64,000 nucleotides of DNA, from the NCBI RefSeq assembly GCF_964194025.1, contig NC_134470.1, positions 26,288,001 through 26,352,000 of the forward strand. Direction: 5' to 3'. Below are positions 61,121-64,000 of the stretch, piece after piece. The stretch's first letter is position 1; the number at the start of each line of letters is the position of its first letter. Under the pieces are notes generated by a model. It searched no databases. It was not told the origin of the DNA and saw only the letters and a list, made by a program, of their open reading frames with translations. The position numbers and the translations under genes are program-made. This stretch comes from Convolutriloba macropyga (taxonomy: Eukaryota).

Positions 61121-64000
61121 TATGGCTTTCTGAAACAGAAAATGTACGTTGAGCTGGTAATTATCGCGTTCTCCTAAACTGTCAGAAGTTTGACCTCAAC
61201 CTTTAAACTTTTCAATCGCAAATTTCGTCTATTAGATTGTTTTTGTTGCTTCATTTTCGAGATTCAGAAGTTCAAAAGCTTTTTAGACAAACAACTAAAA
61301 TTTAACTTGAGTTCAGAAGTATAAAGAAGGCGCATGCAAACTCTTTCCTAATGTGTTCTGTGCGAAGGGCGCATTAATAGATTCGACAGAAGACAACTTC
61401 AGTATTTTGGCCAAAAAATTATAAAAAATGTCAAAACTTGTTTTTTGACTAGTCATATATAATAAGATTTAAAAAATAACTGGATTCAAATAAATTTTGT
61501 TCCTTTTCTATTCGCTGTTCTTGTTTTAAATGCATAGATAACTAAGAAGCAGATGTTACAAAAGTGAGACAAATAGCAAATGCAACCGCGACAGAATATT
61601 TGAAGCAAAAAGCTGGAAAACTAAGACGTTAGTTTCGCGAAAATTGTACATCGTTGCACATGGCAACAACAAAAATTAATCGTTGTGATAGCCTTATTGT
61701 TGAAATAAATTTATTAATTAGTATTATATTTTAAGTGATTACTACTGAAGATGCGAGCATCCGCGTAAAGAAGGTTTGCTTGTGGCGTTGAACAAAGATG
61801 TTGATTATGAAGCTTTCACTGGGAAATTCCCAAAGTACTGTCTATCTTGCTTGCTGAAAGACCCTCTGCTACATCTAGACGAAGCTGTTTCATATTCACA
61901 ATCCTCAAATTTTGGCAACAAAAACATCGAATGGAACTCCGGCTCAAAAATGGTTAAAGAGGATAAAAAACAAAAGTTAACTGCATTTAAAATCAAACCA
62001 ATGGAAACTTACAAGACAAATAGGGGAAACAGCTCATAAGCCACCCATAAAAGATAATACATTTTAAAGAAGACTCAACGTTTATGATGTATCTGAAAAC
62101 GACAACAGCTCTTTAAAAGAACAATTATTGATGGACAAAGAATCAATGCAAAACTTAGCAAGGAAGAAAAGGACGTTCAATCAGCTACTGAAAATTGCTC
62201 TAGATTAAAAGTTTGATTCTACAAAACAATGCAACATTTTGCTTTGCTGTCAGGCCTCTTTTTTGCGATGCTAAGTGATTTTTTTGGAAATTTTGAGGAA
62301 AAGGTTAGAAATGATACCATGTGGTTGCATTAAAAAAAGTTCAGCATACACAAAATTCAATCAAAATTTTGACAATCTAGAGTTAGCTCAAGATTGACTA
62401 TATTTTTCATTCAATACGGTCAACGCTTGGGCATTGCTTCTGATACAAAACGATAACACTTAACTAACTTTTATCTAAACCTTGTCCACAAGTTGTTTGC
62501 CCCACAGATGTTTGGCTTGATTCTGGTTTTGATTCGAAATCGGCCTTTGAGACTAAATACACTGTATCAGCTATCGCTCACATAAAGAGGCGCCGAAGTG
62601 GAGTTACCCATGTTCAAAGCAATATTATAATTTGCAATGAAGAAAATTGCTCGTTCGATAATATCATATGTGTTGTTGAGGTAAACCCTCTAAAGATGCC
62701 CTTCTTTTGGTATATATGTACATACCACCTAAAAAGCAATTATCGTTAACCATGGAAACAAATATCTGAATAACTTGTACAACTATTGCAACAATTATAT
62801 GATATATTAATAATTACAGACAATTTCAATGAGCTCACTGTTGACTGGGTTTCTTTCACATCAATATCTTGTAAAAATTTTGAAAATTCCTTTGAATTCA
62901 TAATAGGAAATGTTTTGCTCTAGATATTTCAGGATGAAACGAGGGCAACCATATGTAAAAATTATTATTTGCCAAATCTTATGGTGCTTATACAGCATTA
63001 AACTACATTACAAAAACAGACTTTAAAGACCAATTTTGCGTTAAGACTTGCATTCATCTGCCAGAGCTCATTTCTAAAACTAAAAAGATCTTTAGTTGTA
63101 ATTTTGTATCTCGTGGCAGGTACTCCTTTATCATTCATACTTTGTATTTCATATTCGTTTCCTTAGTATTAGATACAAAAAAGCTCTTTTTTGGTGGCTC
63201 ATCTTAACAATTATACAATTATGAAACGGACAAAAAGGAAGTATTTTCCCTGGTTTGTCTCACGTCTTTCATTGTTTGAATAAGCGCATTTGAGCCGCGA
63301 AAAATGAATGGAGTTTTCCTGAGGCTTTTTTGGGACAATTTAGCTGAGACGTACAATTGTTGATAGAACTTGACACTGCAGTTTATCATGATCAGTTGGA
63401 TTCAAATAATAGTGGTGCATCAATTTGTTTTCTTCCTATTAAGAAGCCAATAAGACAGCTCACACCTCACTGAAAGGCGCTCAGAAAGAAAAACTTTTAG
63501 AGGTATCCGTTCATTGAGAATGCTTATAATTATTTCTGTATGTCATTCTATCAGTCTGCAGTCTTTTTGGAAATTTTGTAGAGTTGACGTTGAATGAGTT
63601 GTACTTAAAGACGTGAGATGCTCAAGCCGTTTTCTGTAAAAATTAAATTTAAAAGAGGCTCTAATTAGTTTAACCATCATGTCATGAATCTCTTTCAAAG
63701 CTTTTCTGAAACTTAGACATATCCAATATTATGGAAGAAAGCAGTAGTTGTACCAATTTTTGAAAGAAGTTCCAAATTCTGCGATCAGTCGTAGACCTAA
63801 AGCTCAAACAATTTGAATTTTAAAGGTGTAATTGAGTTTGATAATACTTATGTGCTGTGGTGCGGGAGGGGAAGCTAGACAGTAATTAGTATAGTATTTT
63901 TTCAACCTCTAGAGAAAGTATTAGCCTAGGGTTTAACACTGTCTGATTCTTGGCTTATGCCCGTCATTTCACAGCTAAGTTGACTTCATAGATTGGGTTG
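61121..64000 (+). repeat. Second copy of the duplicated LINE-relic segment (extra ~250-bp block near 63470-63740)
   Basis: Colinear with 56592-59350, with many substitutions and indels. Confidence 0.85.

Overview
This is AT-rich animal (invertebrate) genomic DNA with spliceosomal introns. It carries three co-oriented minus-strand housekeeping genes. RPL7 (16458-17195) has an intronless CDS. PREB/SEC12 has 2 coding exons and an 8.9-kb intron. Pinin (PNN) has 10 coding exons, reconstructed by hand (37102-47860, ~985 aa). The first 13 kb is a cluster of three defective Ty3/Gypsy LTR retrotransposon copies: two are in tandem sharing one LTR, and two are fused head-to-head at their 5' LTR termini with a 1-nt spacer, giving an ~11.6-kb imperfect palindrome. 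Introns and intergenic DNA contain two Helentron-like non-autonomous families, tRNA-derived repeats, tandem duplications and a long purine-rich tract. At 48.3-52.7 kb is a decayed Penelope-like element, split by a CR1-type LINE insertion and invisible in the ORF track. Its reverse transcriptase carries a PHD zinc finger inserted between RT motif 4 and the YVDD catalytic motif, followed by a GIY-YIG domain and a hammerhead-like motif; this is the most unusual architecture in the window. The right end holds a duplicated LINE relic, a 160-N gap, an antisense LINE RT fragment and a small MITE-like element.
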